Below are positions 62,851-64,000 of a stretch of DNA of 64,000 nt, piece after piece. The translations under genes were made by a program, and so were the position numbers. Position 1 is the stretch's first letter. Every line of letters starts with the position of its first letter. Source of the stretch: Ramazzottius varieornatus (Eukaryota > Animalia > Tardigrada); contig BDGG01000006.1 in NCBI GenBank assembly GCA_001949185.1, positions 1,408,827 through 1,472,826 of the forward strand, read 5' to 3'. Under the pieces are notes generated by a model. That model was given only the letters and a program-made list of their open reading frames with translations, searched no databases and was not told the origin of the DNA.

Positions 62851-62900
62851 TTTCGCTTTCAAGATAAGCAGCCCTCGAGTAGCTTATCTTGAAAGCGAAA
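62851..62900. repeat. Perfect 19-bp inverted repeat with a 12-nt loop
   Basis: TTTCGCTTTCAAGATAAGC-AGCCCTCGAGTA-GCTTATCTTGAAAGCGAAA. Confidence 0.9.
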
Positions 62901-64000
62901 ACGGATTATTCTCTGCACACTTGACTCAAACTTTCAAATTTTCATTTCTTAGCTGATCTCTGTCTGCACAGTGCTTCACGTTGCGAGATACCGTTTCACG
63001 TATGGGCTTCTTGATACCTATTAGTGTCGATGATATCGACAGACAGAGACTAGCCAGAGAGAAAACCATGAATTTCAGCCTAGTCAGGAGGCAAAGTTTG
63101 CCAAAAAACCTACCCCGCAAAACTCGCGCATTTCCGCTCCCGTTTCCGAGACTTTCGAAAAACGCAATTTTGCCTCACTCACGACTAATTTCCGTTGATC
63201 AAGCAAATTCAGATTCTAAATCAACCGTTTGCGACATAAACAGCTCGTCGTGAGGAGGATTATTTACTCGGCTGTCCGACTGCTACATCAGCAGAATACA
63301 CTGTCAGCCACTCAGCCTGTCACTACGAGGTAAACGACATAGTTTGGGCATAGCGGTTTTCGCACCATAATTCGGGCATATTTTTTCTCAGCTCCTGCTG
63401 CGCGTAATGAACTGTTTCTTGTTTTCTGAGGTAGACTGATCCCTCTTCTTGAGGTTTCGATAGGTTTGAGGACGACAAAGCGTTGTGGATTACGGAAATT
63501 AGGCCTGGGTGAGAGATGGGTCTGTCCAATGTTCGAAAACCTAATATTGTATCAACAGGCGTATGATGAGAGATAAATCAAGCTTTGACGATAATCTTCG
63601 AACTTTTCGCGTCGCCCGAACTATGGTGCGAAAATCCATATGCCCCAATTATGTCGTTTACCTCGTAGAGAAGAATCTGCATAAAATCTTAATAGGTCGA
63701 CGAGTCACTATCGCAGTGTGGATCTCATTTCGACCAGGCTCGAGCTGGTCCGAGCATGCAGTATACCGTGCACAATCTTATTCGAAGTATTGCGTCGATT
63801 TATCCCATTTCTAGATTGTCCCGTCCCTTGACTCTTTATTATACACGTACTCCCTGGACGACTCTAGAACAATCTGGGCTCATGGACAACCGCGCGTTCC
63901 TTTTGTGCGAACGGCTTGTTATTCTCCTGGTAGTATCACCGACGGCTCACTTTGGAGGAAAACTTGATGTCGATGGATCAGCACAAACCTTGCAGACAAT

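Overview
Gene-dense eukaryotic (invertebrate) genomic DNA of moderate GC content with short GT-AG introns. The gene set and the orphan GPCR motifs suggest an ecdysozoan, most plausibly a tardigrade (inference). Apparently intact spliced genes: an orphan class A GPCR, a small ubiquitin-like + 2-TM protein (TMUB-like, only partly visible in the ORF track), papilin, a vasopressin/CCAP/GnRH-superfamily neuropeptide GPCR, BMP2/4 (dpp), a Ly6/uPAR (quiver-like) protein, an MS4A/CD20-like tetraspan protein, an arylsulfatase B/I/J-like enzyme, RPS6KC1 and casein kinase I alpha. Three decayed genes: an SLC26 anion transporter, a GPCR paralogue and an arylsulfatase paralogue, the last two beside their intact copies. 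Non-coding DNA is crowded with non-autonomous inverted-repeat elements from several families. The most notable is an ~80-bp hairpin family (arms AAGTGGCGCAC / GTGCGCCACTT, oriented loop often containing AGCCAA[T/C]) with about 15 copies, mostly intronic. I found no prokaryote-type systems (CRISPR, operons), no rRNA or tRNA, and no autonomous transposase. All exon models were worked out by hand.
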